Assembly (NCBI GenBank): GCA_937625935.1
Contig: OW569344.1
Span: 62,001 to 126,000, forward strand
Origin: Tetramitus jugosus
Taxonomy: Eukaryota; Protista; Heterolobosea
Length of the DNA: 64,000 nucleotides
Direction of reading: 5' to 3'
Below are positions 33,173 through 44,215 of the stretch, piece by piece (position 1 is the stretch's first letter; every line of letters begins with the position of its first letter). The translations under genes were made by a program, and so were the position numbers. Below the pieces are notes generated by a model. It was given only the letters and a program-made list of their open reading frames with translations. It ran no database searches and had not been told where the DNA came from.

Positions 33173-34286
33173 TTACTCTATATTAAAACAATTTAAAAAG
33201 AATCGACAAGGCACCACATTTTCTCGAGTAACTTCCTTATATTCATCACAATCATTAAATTCCACCATATAACGTCTGTTTGATTTAAACAAGGAATACA
33301 TAGACCTCTTACTCATCTTTCCACTTTCGAATGATGAGAGATAATCATCATAATCACTCAAGAACTGCTTTGCCATAAATCTAGCGGTCATCATCTCTTC
33401 AGCACGAATCCATTTTTCCTCATCACCCATCCACACCACCTTATAGAATACCTGATTTGAGGAGTCCCTACAAACACCAACTATCTTATTCAACTCTTCC
33501 TTTGCGTTTTGCGTGACATTATTTATAAAACTCGATAACCTTTTGTCCACTTTGGGTCTTCCACTTCTTCTTGTACTTTCAGAAACTTTTTGGTCTACCA
33601 GATTGACTACAATTACTTTTAGGACATAGTAATCCAATTTGATACTGTTCCATAATACTAAAGATGCTATCATGAAATTCATTGGCAGTTTTTGGTAGAT
33701 CTTTTAAGTCATGTTTAACTGCAAAGTAAATCAGACAAGCATTAATATGTTTGCATATTCTTGTGTGATTAAGGTAATCATCGCATGTGCAGCAAGTGTA
33801 CTGTAGATTTACACCATAATTATCATCCTTGAAGATGAAGGATCCTTCCAAACCTTCTTGTACTTACTCTTTTCTCGGAAAATATCGATATTTTGAATTG
33901 AAACTATGTTTTTGCAATTGGTGGTTGGAGAATTTGACAATATGGAACAACAGGTTATCGAATCGTTTGATTTTTCCAGATATATCTTTCTGGAACAAAC
34001 GTATGGCAGTTTCTGTTATATTATTAGTGGCCCTAGACTGTTGTTTCTTAAACACCTTTGACGAATTCCAGTACTTTGCCATAAAAGCTTTTGCTTTAGA
34101 TTCACATAAGCTGCATAGTGCTCCATACTCTTGTGTATATTCATCCGTATTTTTTGTACCCAAGAGGCGTAACATGATCATAGCAACTCTTAATTCTACA
34201 GGTACTTTTTTCACAATGTGCTTTCTCCATGAACTCTTTAGATGAAGCATGCTGGATCCCAGAAGAAGCACGGCTGTAATCCCACA
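33173..34286 (-). pseudogene. 3' part of a decayed MULE-like transposase: SWIM zinc finger, AT-hook and chromo-like domain (three frameshifted ORF pieces)
   Basis: HLKSSWRKH, KYW..., TNNITE (catalytic Glu region), CTCDDY...ICKHINA (SWIM), RRSGRPK, NKIVG...FYKVVW..DEEKWIRAEEM. Confidence 0.75.
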
Positions 34287-34386
34287 ATTGAACTTGTACG
34301 AAAAGTGAAAGGAAGTGGAAGTGGATGTGGTGTGAGGTGTTGAGATGGTTGGGTGGGTGGGAGTGGATTGTTTGTGGAAAAAATTT

Positions 34387-34926
34387 TTATTCAACGTCTG
34401 CATATTTTTCTTGATCCATGGGATCGGTAATAAAAAAATCGACCGTCTCCATGCAGATGGCGATCGGCTGTTCTTCCTCTTTTTTTGGCATGATGGTGTA
34501 ACTGTACTTCATGCCTTCATGCATGTACATACCATTCATACAGTTTTTCACATCCACACTCTTAGGAAGTTCGATTTCGATGTGGTGCGTCTTGCCTTCA
34601 TCTCTTCTCTTGACAAAACGCAGCCCCTCAACCTTTGTTCGACGTTCGATGGCCATCTTCGCAATGTCCGCGGAGGGAAACGGGATCAAATTCAAATCAA
34701 TAACGACAAAATAGGACTTGTTCTTTTTGAGAATTTTGACATCCTGCTTATAATGGGAGTTTGCGCGCCATTCGTAGTAGAAGAAATGGTCACTCTCCAT
34801 CACCTGATACAGCAAGTGGGCTGGCATTTCTTTCTTGAACTGCAATTGCAGTGACTCCATGTTCATCTTACTTGGTGTCCCTCCCAGTGTCACGCCAGAG
34901 TCTTGATCCTCTTCAGTAGTCATCAT
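34387..34926 (-). CDS. Second ORF of the Harbinger-like element; C-terminus resembles an HSP20/alpha-crystallin fold
   Basis: 179-aa ORF within the TIRs, divergent from the transposase; IELPKSVDV...G...TIMPKKEE pattern. Confidence 0.55.
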   Translation of the reverse strand: MMTTEEDQDSGVTLGGTPSKMNMESLQLQFKKEMPAHLLYQVMESDHFFYYEWRANSHYKQDVKILKKNKSYFVVIDLNLIPFPSADIAKMAIERRTKVEGLRFVKRRDEGKTHHIEIELPKSVDVKNCMNGMYMHEGMKYSYTIMPKKEEEQPIAICMETVDFFITDPMDQEKYADVE

Positions 34927-35048
34927 CCTCAGAGTCTGAGAATAGCCTGGCTCTCTTTGTCCTTTCTTCGCGAGCCTTATCCTGAATGGCCCTACTCTGA
35001 GAGATTACGTCAAAGAATCGATCTCTCATTCCTTCGTCGGAGCGCTTC

Positions 35049-35885
35049 TTGATCCTTTTTCCTCCAGAATTTCGTCATCTTCGTTGTCACTCTTCTTCTT
35101 CCGAGTACCCTTCTTGCAATAACGATAGACAGCACTTCCAATTTGCTCAGGAGATCTTTTCCATTAACATTGACGAGCGAGAATTTGCTGCAACATTTGG
35201 TCTCCATCCTGACATTGCAGATGCAATATTTTCGATTTATCTCGAAAAGCACATTGAGCCGATGCATTTCCTTTGGGCGATGAATTATTTGAAAGAGTAC
35301 AGTGTTGCGCGCGCAATGAACTGGAAGTGGAACACATCAACTACGACATTCGCATCAACAATTTGGAAAACGTTAAATACCATGCGAGACTGTCTTCCCT
35401 CATTTAATATTGATGATCGTATGGCTTTCGAACACTCACCGACAAGTATCTTCAAGAATATTTTTATGATTGTCGATGGCACTGAATGCCGAATCAAGAG
35501 ACAAAAGAGTATGTACCAACAAAGAATTTACTATTCGGGGAAGAAAAAATTTCATGCACTGAAATACAACGTTGTTGTATCGATTGCATCTGGAGCAATA
35601 ATCAGTGTTTCAGGTCCATTTCCTGGATCGACTCATGATCTCAGGATGTGGAGATTGTGGAGGGTGAAATATGACAAATACATTTTCAGTTCTGAATTGG
35701 TGATGGCAGACAAAGCATACATCTCAGATGAATTGTGCTTTTGTCCATATAAGAGTAAGAAGGGGAGGAAACTTTTCAGAGGGAGTTTATGGCGACACAA
35801 GCTCTATTTTATTGTTTGTTGCCAATTGGCAAATTTGACCATTCTTGCTTCGCCGCTGCGCCGCTCGGTCAGCAAACTGCTGTAG
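35049..35885 (+). CDS. DDE_Tnp_4 (Harbinger/ISL2EU/IS5-like) transposase, apparently deleted near the C-terminus
   Basis: IVDGTECRIKR, YYSGKKKFHALKY, SGPFPGSTHD, VMADKAY; the expected R..VE motif before 'FIVCCQLAN' is absent; start codon uncertain. Confidence 0.88.
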   Translation: MILFPPEFRHLRCHSSSSEYPSCNNDRQHFQFAQEIFSINIDEREFAATFGLHPDIADAIFSIYLEKHIEPMHFLWAMNYLKEYSVARAMNWKWNTSTTTFASTIWKTLNTMRDCLPSFNIDDRMAFEHSPTSIFKNIFMIVDGTECRIKRQKSMYQQRIYYSGKKKFHALKYNVVVSIASGAIISVSGPFPGSTHDLRMWRLWRVKYDKYIFSSELVMADKAYISDELCFCPYKSKKGRKLFRGSLWRHKLYFIVCCQLANLTILASPLRRSVSKLL

Positions 35886-36515
35886 TTTGGAGATGGCTGG
35901 TTTTTTCAATTCGGGATGGCAAATGTTCGAACGAAAAAATAAAATGCAACATGATCGCTTTTCGTACAAGTCTATTGAAGTTCTGAAAAATGGAAGTGAT
36001 AAAAAAGAAAGAAAAAGTGCGAAATCTCCAATCCAGTCCGAGTTGTGGTCCCATTTTCATTTCAATGGACAGAAGAATAAGAACATGCGCTTGGAAACCA
36101 GCAGAGTTTTATTACAAGATTCTCGAATGAGCAGCGGTTCTCTTCTCGAGAGTGTTCTTTGAGCTGGTTCTTCCCTTCTTCTTACTTATCGAACCAGATA
36201 GAGCTGCTCTTGACAAGGCAGTTTCATTGTAGTTGATATTTCTTCGTGTTCTTGTTCCCTTTGCAATAACTGGACAATGGATGGTGATACATTCACTCTT
36301 GAGGTTTTCGTAATCCGAGGAAGATTGGTACCCACTCACATGGTAGATTGTTTCCTCTTCAGAGAGTTCGTCAATCTAATCCTTTTGATTTTCCTCTTGT
36401 TCTTGCATAATGGCTCGGGCAGTTTCCTGTTGAATCCGAGTTGACTGACATACATGGTGCATCTGATCAATTTGACATACTATACTGTGAGAAGAGTTTT
36501 TATAAATATAGAAAA

Positions 36516-37421
36516 TTACAAGAAGTGTTCTTTGTGGTCCTCGATGAATTGAGACAAGGATCTTGGAGCCTTTCCAGTCAAGATCTGATAGTCACCATAC
36601 ACGATATTTTGGTTTACCTTGACCGACTGGTAGAGTTTCACAAAAGCAAATGCATACTGCTCTGGAGTACCAAATTCAATCAGTAGCTGATAGTAGGAAT
36701 GGTCATCCAAAGTTACGCTCTCAATTGGTTTTCCCACAATCGTTGTGAATAGATCTGCAATCTGTTGTGGTGTCAAAACGTCTGGACCGGTAAGTACATA
36801 AGTTCGATCTCTGGTCTTTTCGATTGGTTGAGTCAAGGCAGCAGCTGCAGCTTCACCAATATCTCTGGAATCAATGAAAGTCGAAGGGAAATCTACCTTG
36901 TCAGGGAGTCCAGGTCTATAGATCTTACCATTGTGCTTAATTCCTTCAATGTCATAGGTAAAGTAGTTTTGACTAAACATGGTAGGTCTCAGGAAAACAA
37001 AAGCAAAGCCGTGTTCTTTAGCAAGTCCATAAATTGCGTGCTCGGATTCAGAGTGATCTCTCAAGAATCCTCCAAAGTCAGAATCCAAAGATGCACCGAG
37101 TGCACTGACCTTGACAATCTGTTTGAGGTTAGAGCCATTCTTCTCCAAAGCTTTCTTCACAATTACAACATCATATTGAGGCTCTTGATTCACAATGAAC
37201 AATCTTTCCACGTTTTCAAATGCTTGTTCATTAAGGTCTGACTTGTAGTCTCCGACAAAGTACTGCAAGACATCAGTACTACCAGGATGGTTCTTGAACA
37301 GATCTCTGGCCTTTTCTTCACTTCGAACCAAAAGTTTTACATTCTTTGCTCCGTTATCCAATAGAGAAAGTACAGTTTGTTGTCCCACTTGACCGGTGGC
37401 TCCGATTACTACAATGCTCAT
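36516..37421 (-). CDS. NmrA-like / atypical SDR NAD(P)-binding protein
   Basis: VIGATGQVG Rossmann motif, LRPTMFSQN, FIDSRDIGEAAA, TYVLTGPD. Confidence 0.92.
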   Translation of the reverse strand: MSIVVIGATGQVGQQTVLSLLDNGAKNVKLLVRSEEKARDLFKNHPGSTDVLQYFVGDYKSDLNEQAFENVERLFIVNQEPQYDVVIVKKALEKNGSNLKQIVKVSALGASLDSDFGGFLRDHSESEHAIYGLAKEHGFAFVFLRPTMFSQNYFTYDIEGIKHNGKIYRPGLPDKVDFPSTFIDSRDIGEAAAAALTQPIEKTRDRTYVLTGPDVLTPQQIADLFTTIVGKPIESVTLDDHSYYQLLIEFGTPEQYAFAFVKLYQSVKVNQNIVYGDYQILTGKAPRSLSQFIEDHKEHFL

Positions 37422-38081
37422 GGTTTCTCAGTTTGGTTTTAGTATATCAATTACAGTATTGTGTACCTCAAAAGTGAAGGTGTATAAAGTTAGATAGTTA
37501 TCTGTGTTTTGTTGTTAAAAGTAATCTTGCTTCGTTGGGCATCCGCGGTTTTTATAGCTAGCCCTTCGGATTGTGCGCAATGGTTTTGTTCCACTTCACC
37601 ATTGTAATCTTATGTCTCAACCTTTGTGCGCATTTTGTCCCAGGGTCGAGAATACATGTCTGTTGGACAGTCCTGAGCGGAACTTCCACACTGGATCTTT
37701 CTCTACGGAGAGCCCTTGAGCATGGTGGATCAGAAGAGACTAAGAATGAAGGAGAGATTCATGTCTCTATCCAACAAAACCAGTCCCACCTCTTAAAACT
37801 AACCAAACAATACTCGAAGAATTCAGCTTCTTTGTGATGCACATGCAACGATCGTGCGAAACTTGCATCTACCTGAACTTCCGTCGCGGGATGTGAATTT
37901 TCTCCTCGCGGTAATTTGACAGGAAAAAAAACCGGAAATCACAGGAACATGAACAAACTACAATTCCGATTGCGGAAGGAGGTCTGGTATAAAACGGTGC
38001 CCATGTTCTTTGAGTTTTATTCCAACAAAAACACCCTCCACTAAATAGTACCTCTACTCATTATCTAATTGCCAAGCAACA

Positions 38082-38969
38082 ATGCCCACCTTAAGTACCA
38101 AGATCTACATCCGCCCTGGAAATGAAGTTCGAAGGTTAGAACTGAACCCAAATGTGGACACACTCAAGTCTATCCAAGCCAAATTGAAACAAGCCCATGA
38201 GATCTCTCCACTCGTTGAAACATCTTCAGTCATCAACTTCGACTATGTCATTCAATACTTGGATGACGAAAGCGAGTGGATCACAGTCACTACAGAAGAA
38301 GAATGGAAGGTTGCTCTGAAGGTGGGTGCTTTACTCGCAAGTACTGATCCTAGAGCAATCTTGAGAGTCAAGTGCAACCTTATTCAAAGACCAAAGCAAG
38401 TCAGAGAACCACATCGTGCTTCTCCACAACCTTTCCCTATCAACAACCTCTTTGATCCTCAACAACGAATTCAGACAAGACCAGAGGGCTATGGCCAACG
38501 ACTTCTATCGAGAACTTACCCCTTCATTGTACAAAGAAAGCAAACACAAGAGAAAATGATTGACCTGGACAACTTAATCAATTCTGTCCTTGGAACATTC
38601 TTTGTGGAACCTCAAGAATTGAATCAGGAAGGTTCCTCCAACAAGGCAGAGAAAGTAGAAACTGAAAAGTTCAATACTAAAGAGAAAACTCCTGTCGAAG
38701 AGAAGAAAGAATCATCTCAAGAAGTTGAACCAAACGAAGATGAACAATTGGACGAAGAAGCTCCGATTATTGAAGACGTGCCTGAGCTACAAGAAAAACA
38801 AGAGAGCGAGTTAATCTCTGAGGATACCAAAGAACAAGAATTTGAGTATCCAATTCAATTGGCCTCATTGATCGCTATGGGTTTTGGGAATGAAGACTCC
38901 AACAAGCATTTATTGCGAAAGAATCATGGAGACATTACCAAGACTCTCACGGAATTATTGAAGTTGTAA
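38082..38969 (+). CDS. PB1-domain protein with C-terminal UBA (p62/NBR1-like adaptor)
   Basis: N-terminal K..EVRR and YLDDESEWITVTTEEE (OPCA motif); C-terminal QLASLIAMGF..N..LLRKNHGDI UBA. Confidence 0.88.
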   Translation: MPTLSTKIYIRPGNEVRRLELNPNVDTLKSIQAKLKQAHEISPLVETSSVINFDYVIQYLDDESEWITVTTEEEWKVALKVGALLASTDPRAILRVKCNLIQRPKQVREPHRASPQPFPINNLFDPQQRIQTRPEGYGQRLLSRTYPFIVQRKQTQEKMIDLDNLINSVLGTFFVEPQELNQEGSSNKAEKVETEKFNTKEKTPVEEKKESSQEVEPNEDEQLDEEAPIIEDVPELQEKQESELISEDTKEQEFEYPIQLASLIAMGFGNEDSNKHLLRKNHGDITKTLTELLKL

Positions 38970-39618
38970 ATACAAAGTTGTAAATATGTAAAACGAGAAC
39001 TTAAATTAAGGCGGCCCAACTGTCCTCCAACACATAATAAATTATGAGATCACCAAACCCCACACTGGGCTTGATGACTTGAGATATTTGCTGGCTGGTT
39101 CCATTTTGTCGGGGTGCAAACTCATAGCCAATCGAGTAACGAAGAGATTAATGATCAGTAGAAGTGCAGGAAACCTCCAAATCGCCAGAACACCGTAATG
39201 AATCAATCTGTTCAGAAAGAATGAAAAAGATTGCCGGAAGGAACAGGAAACAAAGTCCCACAGTCCATGACAGTATCAGATTGATGGGTGACTGCGATAA
39301 CTGAGAGATAATCAACACATCACTCCCCACATGCGATACGAGGCTCGTGAAGTTGAATAGAACATCTAGGTTCAGTATCAGACATATTAGTGCGGCCAGA
39401 AAGAACGCTAAAATTTTCAAGTAAAGATTAAGTGAAAGTCTAAGCTTTTGGTACTCCACCCAATGAACAACGAGAGAATTATCTTGTAAAATGTGAAACT
39501 GGCTAGTATCAGTACTTGAGCTCAAAACTAAAAGATACCTTGAGACACAAAAACTGTAGCTGCAAGGTCGATAATGAAGAGGAAGCCCATCACACTAGGT
39601 TCTGTTCATCTATCCTAA

Positions 39619-40074
39619 CACAACAACAAAGAAGTTTTTTACTTTGAGTATTACACTCAAGTCGAACTGTATGAAATCGGCAGAAATTACACAGGAACAC
39701 GACCAACTGAGGAGCCTGCATGTGCTTCCTTTGCGCATCAAACAAAGTGTGTGCTGCAAGATAGAAGTAAAGATGACACGGTCCTAGGAAGAAACTACAT
39801 GCAAGTGATCTACACTCCCCCGGTTTCTTGCAATCATTACATCAGAGTCAATCCTGCTCCCCGAGCCAATCAAGAGTCAGTGCAAAATGGATCCTATTGC
39901 CGATTGGCGCTAAAGTACAAGAGAACGGAGAAGATTTATATGTACATGGACGACTACTGTGATGGTGCAGTGTGCACAGCTTCCCCATCAGACCCAAACG
40001 CATCCTCTGCTTCGAAGAATTCTACAAGCCTCATATTGTTGATTGTCATTGCGTTGTTCATCTCATTCATGTAA
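39619..40074 (+). pseudogene. Cys-containing C-terminal fragment of a membrane/GPI-anchored protein
   Basis: Open frame from 39619 without a good start, ending in a Ser-rich linker and hydrophobic tail (SLILLIVIALFISFM). Confidence 0.4.
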
Positions 40075-40155
40075 GAGATAATTATCATAAACATGTTCTT
40101 CAGTTGACTGAACATCAATGTTGGTGCTATGTGCTATCTTTCAAAGTTGTTTATT

Positions 40156-41988
40156 TCAATACTTTCTCAAATCGTTATCATCTTCATCATCATATTCATC
40201 GAAGCTACTTACGACTCTTTCAAACTTTGGTTTCAGTGTTGTTGCGGAAGCAACCATGTTTTGCATGGTCTCGCTGCTGTATTGATGCATATCGACCGTT
40301 GGATCCGATTCAAATCCATCAGAAGGATATGTGGAGCCCATGTTCTCAGAACCAATGAGATGAGCCTTTCTCAAAGCTTCTCTCCGTTGCCAATTGCCTT
40401 CTCGTTTCTGTCCAATAGCAACGAGCGTAACACCCAGAGAAATCACACCAGCTCCAATCACAACCAACCACGTCGAAGTCTCCTGCAAGAATATGAGCAA
40501 GAACACGATTGAAACAAGTGGATAGGCTGTCGTGTAAATGGAGATGACAGTTGGTGATGTGAGCTTGGCAGCGTAGGCAGTCATTGCATAATTGATTGAA
40601 CCAAAGCACAGACCCGCATAGAACACACCGACCCAAGTAATAGCAGGCAATTTCGACACTGTTAACCCGTTAATAAATATCAATGAAACAATGACGGAGA
40701 ACACGGAAGCAAAGCCGAGGGACCACACTGAAGCAACCAATGGAGGAATCTTCTTATTGAGCAGCGTCTTTTGAGCAATAAGGAACACAGCTGTGCAAAT
40801 ACCACCAATGACCAACAAGATGCAACCTCCAATGCCTCTACCGGTCCAGCCAACCAACTTGAACGGATTTCCACTGTGATGAACAATGCCACTGAAAACA
40901 AACATGAGCAACGATCCAATAAACGCAATCAAGACACCAATCGTCTTCAACACGGAGAATCCCTCTCTTCGCAGCACCACTGAAATAATGCAGGTAAAAA
41001 TGGTAGTGGTCGGTTGCAAGATGCCAGCAATGGTCGGAGATGTCAAATTCGTACCATACGTGAACAAGACAATGTTCAACACTTGCATGAGACCACACAG
41101 TGCCATCAATCCAAGCTCTCTCCACATTGGTACACGAGAAATGATCCATTGTGTACAACCCATTGCACCACTGCTCTTAACAGTTGGACTCTGATCATTT
41201 GCATCACCACCACCACCACCACCAACAACAACAGTCGTAGTAGCATCACCACCACCACCATTAGCAGTCGTACGAAAAACAAACTTCCAATTGACAATGA
41301 TTGCAAATGGCAACAAACTGAAAAACATGATCAAAATGCGCCAACAACTGAAAATAAAAGTATTAATGTGCTTGGTAGCCAACGGATTCAACACACAAAA
41401 ACCACCAAACAACAACAAGTGAATCACCATGACTGAATGAACCATGAATTGTGAATGAGTCCATCGATACCATCGACTCGCTCTCTTTTTTCGTTCTTCT
41501 TCCGTTTCTTCCATATTCATCTTACTATTATTATTACCACTACTACTACTACTATCATGATGAGGAGTATGATTGTCTTGAATGACTTGAGCAGAAACCA
41601 TGGTATCACTCATATTGGATGCAATCATACTATTGGCTCTCAATTCACCACCACCACCACCATAGTATCTACCACCATCACCACCACCACCACTTCCATC
41701 ATGTTCATGTTGTTCATGTTGTTGATTTTTGTAATGTTGATGATGATGTGAATAGGGAGATTGTTGGAGAGGTACTTGAGCTTGTAAGCTCGGAACAACC
41801 ATGGTCGAAATTGGTGAATGGTCATTCTTCATGGAGACACGATAAGTAATTGGATGATCATCATTTTCTTCACTTTCACTGTTGTTGTTGTTGATGGTTG
41901 TTGATTTTGTGGGTGTTGTTGCATAGGAAAGCTCTTCTTCTTCTTCATCGTCATCGTCAATGGATTGATGATATTTTGTACTTTTCAT
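40156..41988 (-). CDS. EamA/DMT family transporter (WAT1-like)
   Basis: About ten TM helices in two repeats; TSPTIAGILQP, RREG...KTIGVL, TSPTVISIY...PLV motifs. Confidence 0.9.
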   Translation of the reverse strand: MKSTKYHQSIDDDDEEEEELSYATTPTKSTTINNNNSESEENDDHPITYRVSMKNDHSPISTMVVPSLQAQVPLQQSPYSHHHQHYKNQQHEQHEHDGSGGGGDGGRYYGGGGGELRANSMIASNMSDTMVSAQVIQDNHTPHHDSSSSSGNNNSKMNMEETEEERKKRASRWYRWTHSQFMVHSVMVIHLLLFGGFCVLNPLATKHINTFIFSCWRILIMFFSLLPFAIIVNWKFVFRTTANGGGGDATTTVVVGGGGGGDANDQSPTVKSSGAMGCTQWIISRVPMWRELGLMALCGLMQVLNIVLFTYGTNLTSPTIAGILQPTTTIFTCIISVVLRREGFSVLKTIGVLIAFIGSLLMFVFSGIVHHSGNPFKLVGWTGRGIGGCILLVIGGICTAVFLIAQKTLLNKKIPPLVASVWSLGFASVFSVIVSLIFINGLTVSKLPAITWVGVFYAGLCFGSINYAMTAYAAKLTSPTVISIYTTAYPLVSIVFLLIFLQETSTWLVVIGAGVISLGVTLVAIGQKREGNWQRREALRKAHLIGSENMGSTYPSDGFESDPTVDMHQYSSETMQNMVASATTLKPKFERVVSSFDEYDDEDDNDLRKY

Positions 41989-42250
41989 GTTGATATTGTT
42001 TGTTTGTTTGTTTGTTTGTTTGTTGGTGATTAATGTGTGGAGATGAGTTCCTTTTTGTGCCCTGTGTGAGTTTCTTATTGAGAGACAAAATTCGCGGGTA
42101 ATGGGTTGGAAAGTTCGAAAGAGCGACGTTTGAGGGAACTTGTCGGGGAATCACTAGATATCACACAAAAAGATTCTCTTTTATCATAAAAAGAGAATCA
42201 GACTCCAGTTCACTTGACAGTTTTTTTTGTTCACTTCCCACTTTACAAAA

Positions 42251-43384
42251 ATGGCCTCTTCCTTATTTCAGCCAATCACCATTGGTGTGGCAAACAAGTT
42301 GACTTTGTCCCACAGGATTGCTTTGGCACCACTGACAAGAAGACGAGCCAATATTCAAGGAGTTCCTCAACCCATCTCGGTGGAGTACTACGGACAAAGG
42401 GCTACTTATCCTGGGAGTCTTCTAATCTCAGAAGCAACAAACATCTCTCAACAGGGAACTGGATATCCAAAGACTCCTGGAATCTACACCAGTGAACAAG
42501 TGGAAGCATGGAAACCAATATGCGATGCTGTTCATGAAGCCAAGTCCTTCCTTTTCATGCAGCTGTGGCATGTTGGTCGTGTGAGTCATAGTAGCCTTCA
42601 GCCAAATGGCCAACCTCCAGTATCATCATATACAATTGCATGCTCTGATGGTGAAGCCATCACGATTGATGGAGCATTGGTTCCCTATGAGGTACCAAGG
42701 GCGTTAACTATCTCTGATATCGAACAAGTGATTGATGATTACAGAATCGCGGCTCAAAATGCAAAGAATGCTGGTTGTGATGGTGTAGAAATTCATGCTG
42801 CTAATGGATATCTCATTGATCAATTTTTGCATAATGGAATCAATAAGAGAACTGACGAATATGGTGGCTCAATTGAGAACCGAGCAAAGCTGCTCTTTAG
42901 AGTCATTGAGGCTATTCAGAATGTGTACCCATCCGATAGAATTGGAGTTCGATTGTCTCCATTCGGAACATTCAAGGGTACTAGTGATTCTGATCCAACT
43001 GCTCTCTTCACCTATGTCTGCACGAAGCTATCAGACTATAATCTGGCCTATCTCCATCTGATTGAGCCCAGAGTGTCAGGAAGCTTGACAAACGACAGTG
43101 CCGATCAATCAGCAACATTAGCCACAAGCACTCTCCGACCTCATTATAAAGGAGTGTTGATCGGTGCTGGTGGTTACACACCAGAGAGTGCAAAGAAGGC
43201 CATCGATGAAGGGAGAGTGGATATGGTAGCATTTGGTCGATACTTCATCAGCAATCCTGACCTGGTGAAGCGAATCGAAAACAATGTGCCATTGACCCCA
43301 TACAACAGACAGACATTTTATTCAGAAGGAACCGAGGGATACACTGATTATCCATTCCACAATCAAGAAGATTTTAAGGCGTAA
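42251..43384 (+). CDS. Old yellow enzyme / alkene reductase (NemA/OPR type)
   Basis: RIALAPLTRRRA, QLWHVGRVSH, GVEIHAANGYLIDQFL, RTDEYGGSIENR, FGRYFISNPDL, GYTDYP. Confidence 0.97.
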   Translation: MASSLFQPITIGVANKLTLSHRIALAPLTRRRANIQGVPQPISVEYYGQRATYPGSLLISEATNISQQGTGYPKTPGIYTSEQVEAWKPICDAVHEAKSFLFMQLWHVGRVSHSSLQPNGQPPVSSYTIACSDGEAITIDGALVPYEVPRALTISDIEQVIDDYRIAAQNAKNAGCDGVEIHAANGYLIDQFLHNGINKRTDEYGGSIENRAKLLFRVIEAIQNVYPSDRIGVRLSPFGTFKGTSDSDPTALFTYVCTKLSDYNLAYLHLIEPRVSGSLTNDSADQSATLATSTLRPHYKGVLIGAGGYTPESAKKAIDEGRVDMVAFGRYFISNPDLVKRIENNVPLTPYNRQTFYSEGTEGYTDYPFHNQEDFKA

Positions 43385-43548
43385 TAATAATATATAATAA
43401 GGCCAAGTACGAGCAAATATATCTTGTAAACAAAATCCTTATTACACAACCAATAACTTCTCCACATGTTTCTCGAATTGTTTCTGGGGGTTTTGCAGAT
43501 CTAAAACTCGGAGTTCAGCTAGTATCAACCAAGTAGATCAAAGAGGAT

Positions 43549-44184
43549 ATGGCTCAACCTGTTTATGTCAACTTTCTTCGGATCGGTGGTCAACCACTGA
43601 CCATCGACAAGGATGATGGGAGGATAGAACGGATTTCATTCGAGAATCTGTGGAAGTTGCTCTATAAAACAGAGACTGAACCACAAAAGGACATCAAAGT
43701 AGCTCAACTCCTGGAACAATACGAAAAAGAATGGGATATCACTATTCCCTCGGTTCTCAAGACAGTGACATGCTGGACTGACATTAGAGGTGCCATATTT
43801 GATGGTACCTTCCCAACCAATAACATACTTCTTGTTCCTGGTTCTGCTTGTGGTTTCCGTCGAAATTCTGTCGTTCGTTGGCATTTGGTCAAAGAGAATG
43901 TTGTCGCTTCAATACCAGATGTAACACACATGGCACGATTCATGGACGAGAACCAAGGATGTTGCTACTGGTATGCTGCATGGAATGACAATGATGAACA
44001 GTGCAAAGTGTACGTCTCCCCAAACATACTTCCCGAACAGAATGGCAGCTACAACCATGAAGAACCTTGGAGTGCGCCACTTCTGACAAGTGATGATTTA
44101 CTGACATTCCTGATTGATTACACTCGCGAAGGAGAGTCAAGTGGTATGAACGACGTGATGCTCTCTACGCCACTGGTCAATTAA
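43549..44184 (+). CDS. Hypothetical protein, SMI1/KNR4 (SUKH)-like
   Basis: EQYEKEWDITIPSVL helix motif, FMDENQGCCYWY hairpin and C-terminal LLTFL. Confidence 0.5.
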   Translation: MAQPVYVNFLRIGGQPLTIDKDDGRIERISFENLWKLLYKTETEPQKDIKVAQLLEQYEKEWDITIPSVLKTVTCWTDIRGAIFDGTFPTNNILLVPGSACGFRRNSVVRWHLVKENVVASIPDVTHMARFMDENQGCCYWYAAWNDNDEQCKVYVSPNILPEQNGSYNHEEPWSAPLLTSDDLLTFLIDYTREGESSGMNDVMLSTPLVN

Positions 44185-44215
44185 GAAATGATGTAATAAT
44201 ATATAGACTTTAGCT

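Larger units (their letters stand above)
34290..35973 (+). mobile_element. PIF/Harbinger (ISL2EU-like) DNA transposon with TIRs, nested in the MULE remnant
   Basis: Perfect 14-bp inverted repeat ACTTGTACGAAAAG (34292-34305) / CTTTTCGTACAAGT (35958-35971), extendable with mismatches; ATT flanks both ends (34287-89, 35974-76); contains a DDE_Tnp_4-type ORF. Confidence 0.82.

Noticed and set aside
41170-41900. CAC/CAA/CAT microsatellite-like runs
   Set aside because: They encode ordinary G/T/H/N homopolymer tracts seen in many genes in this window.
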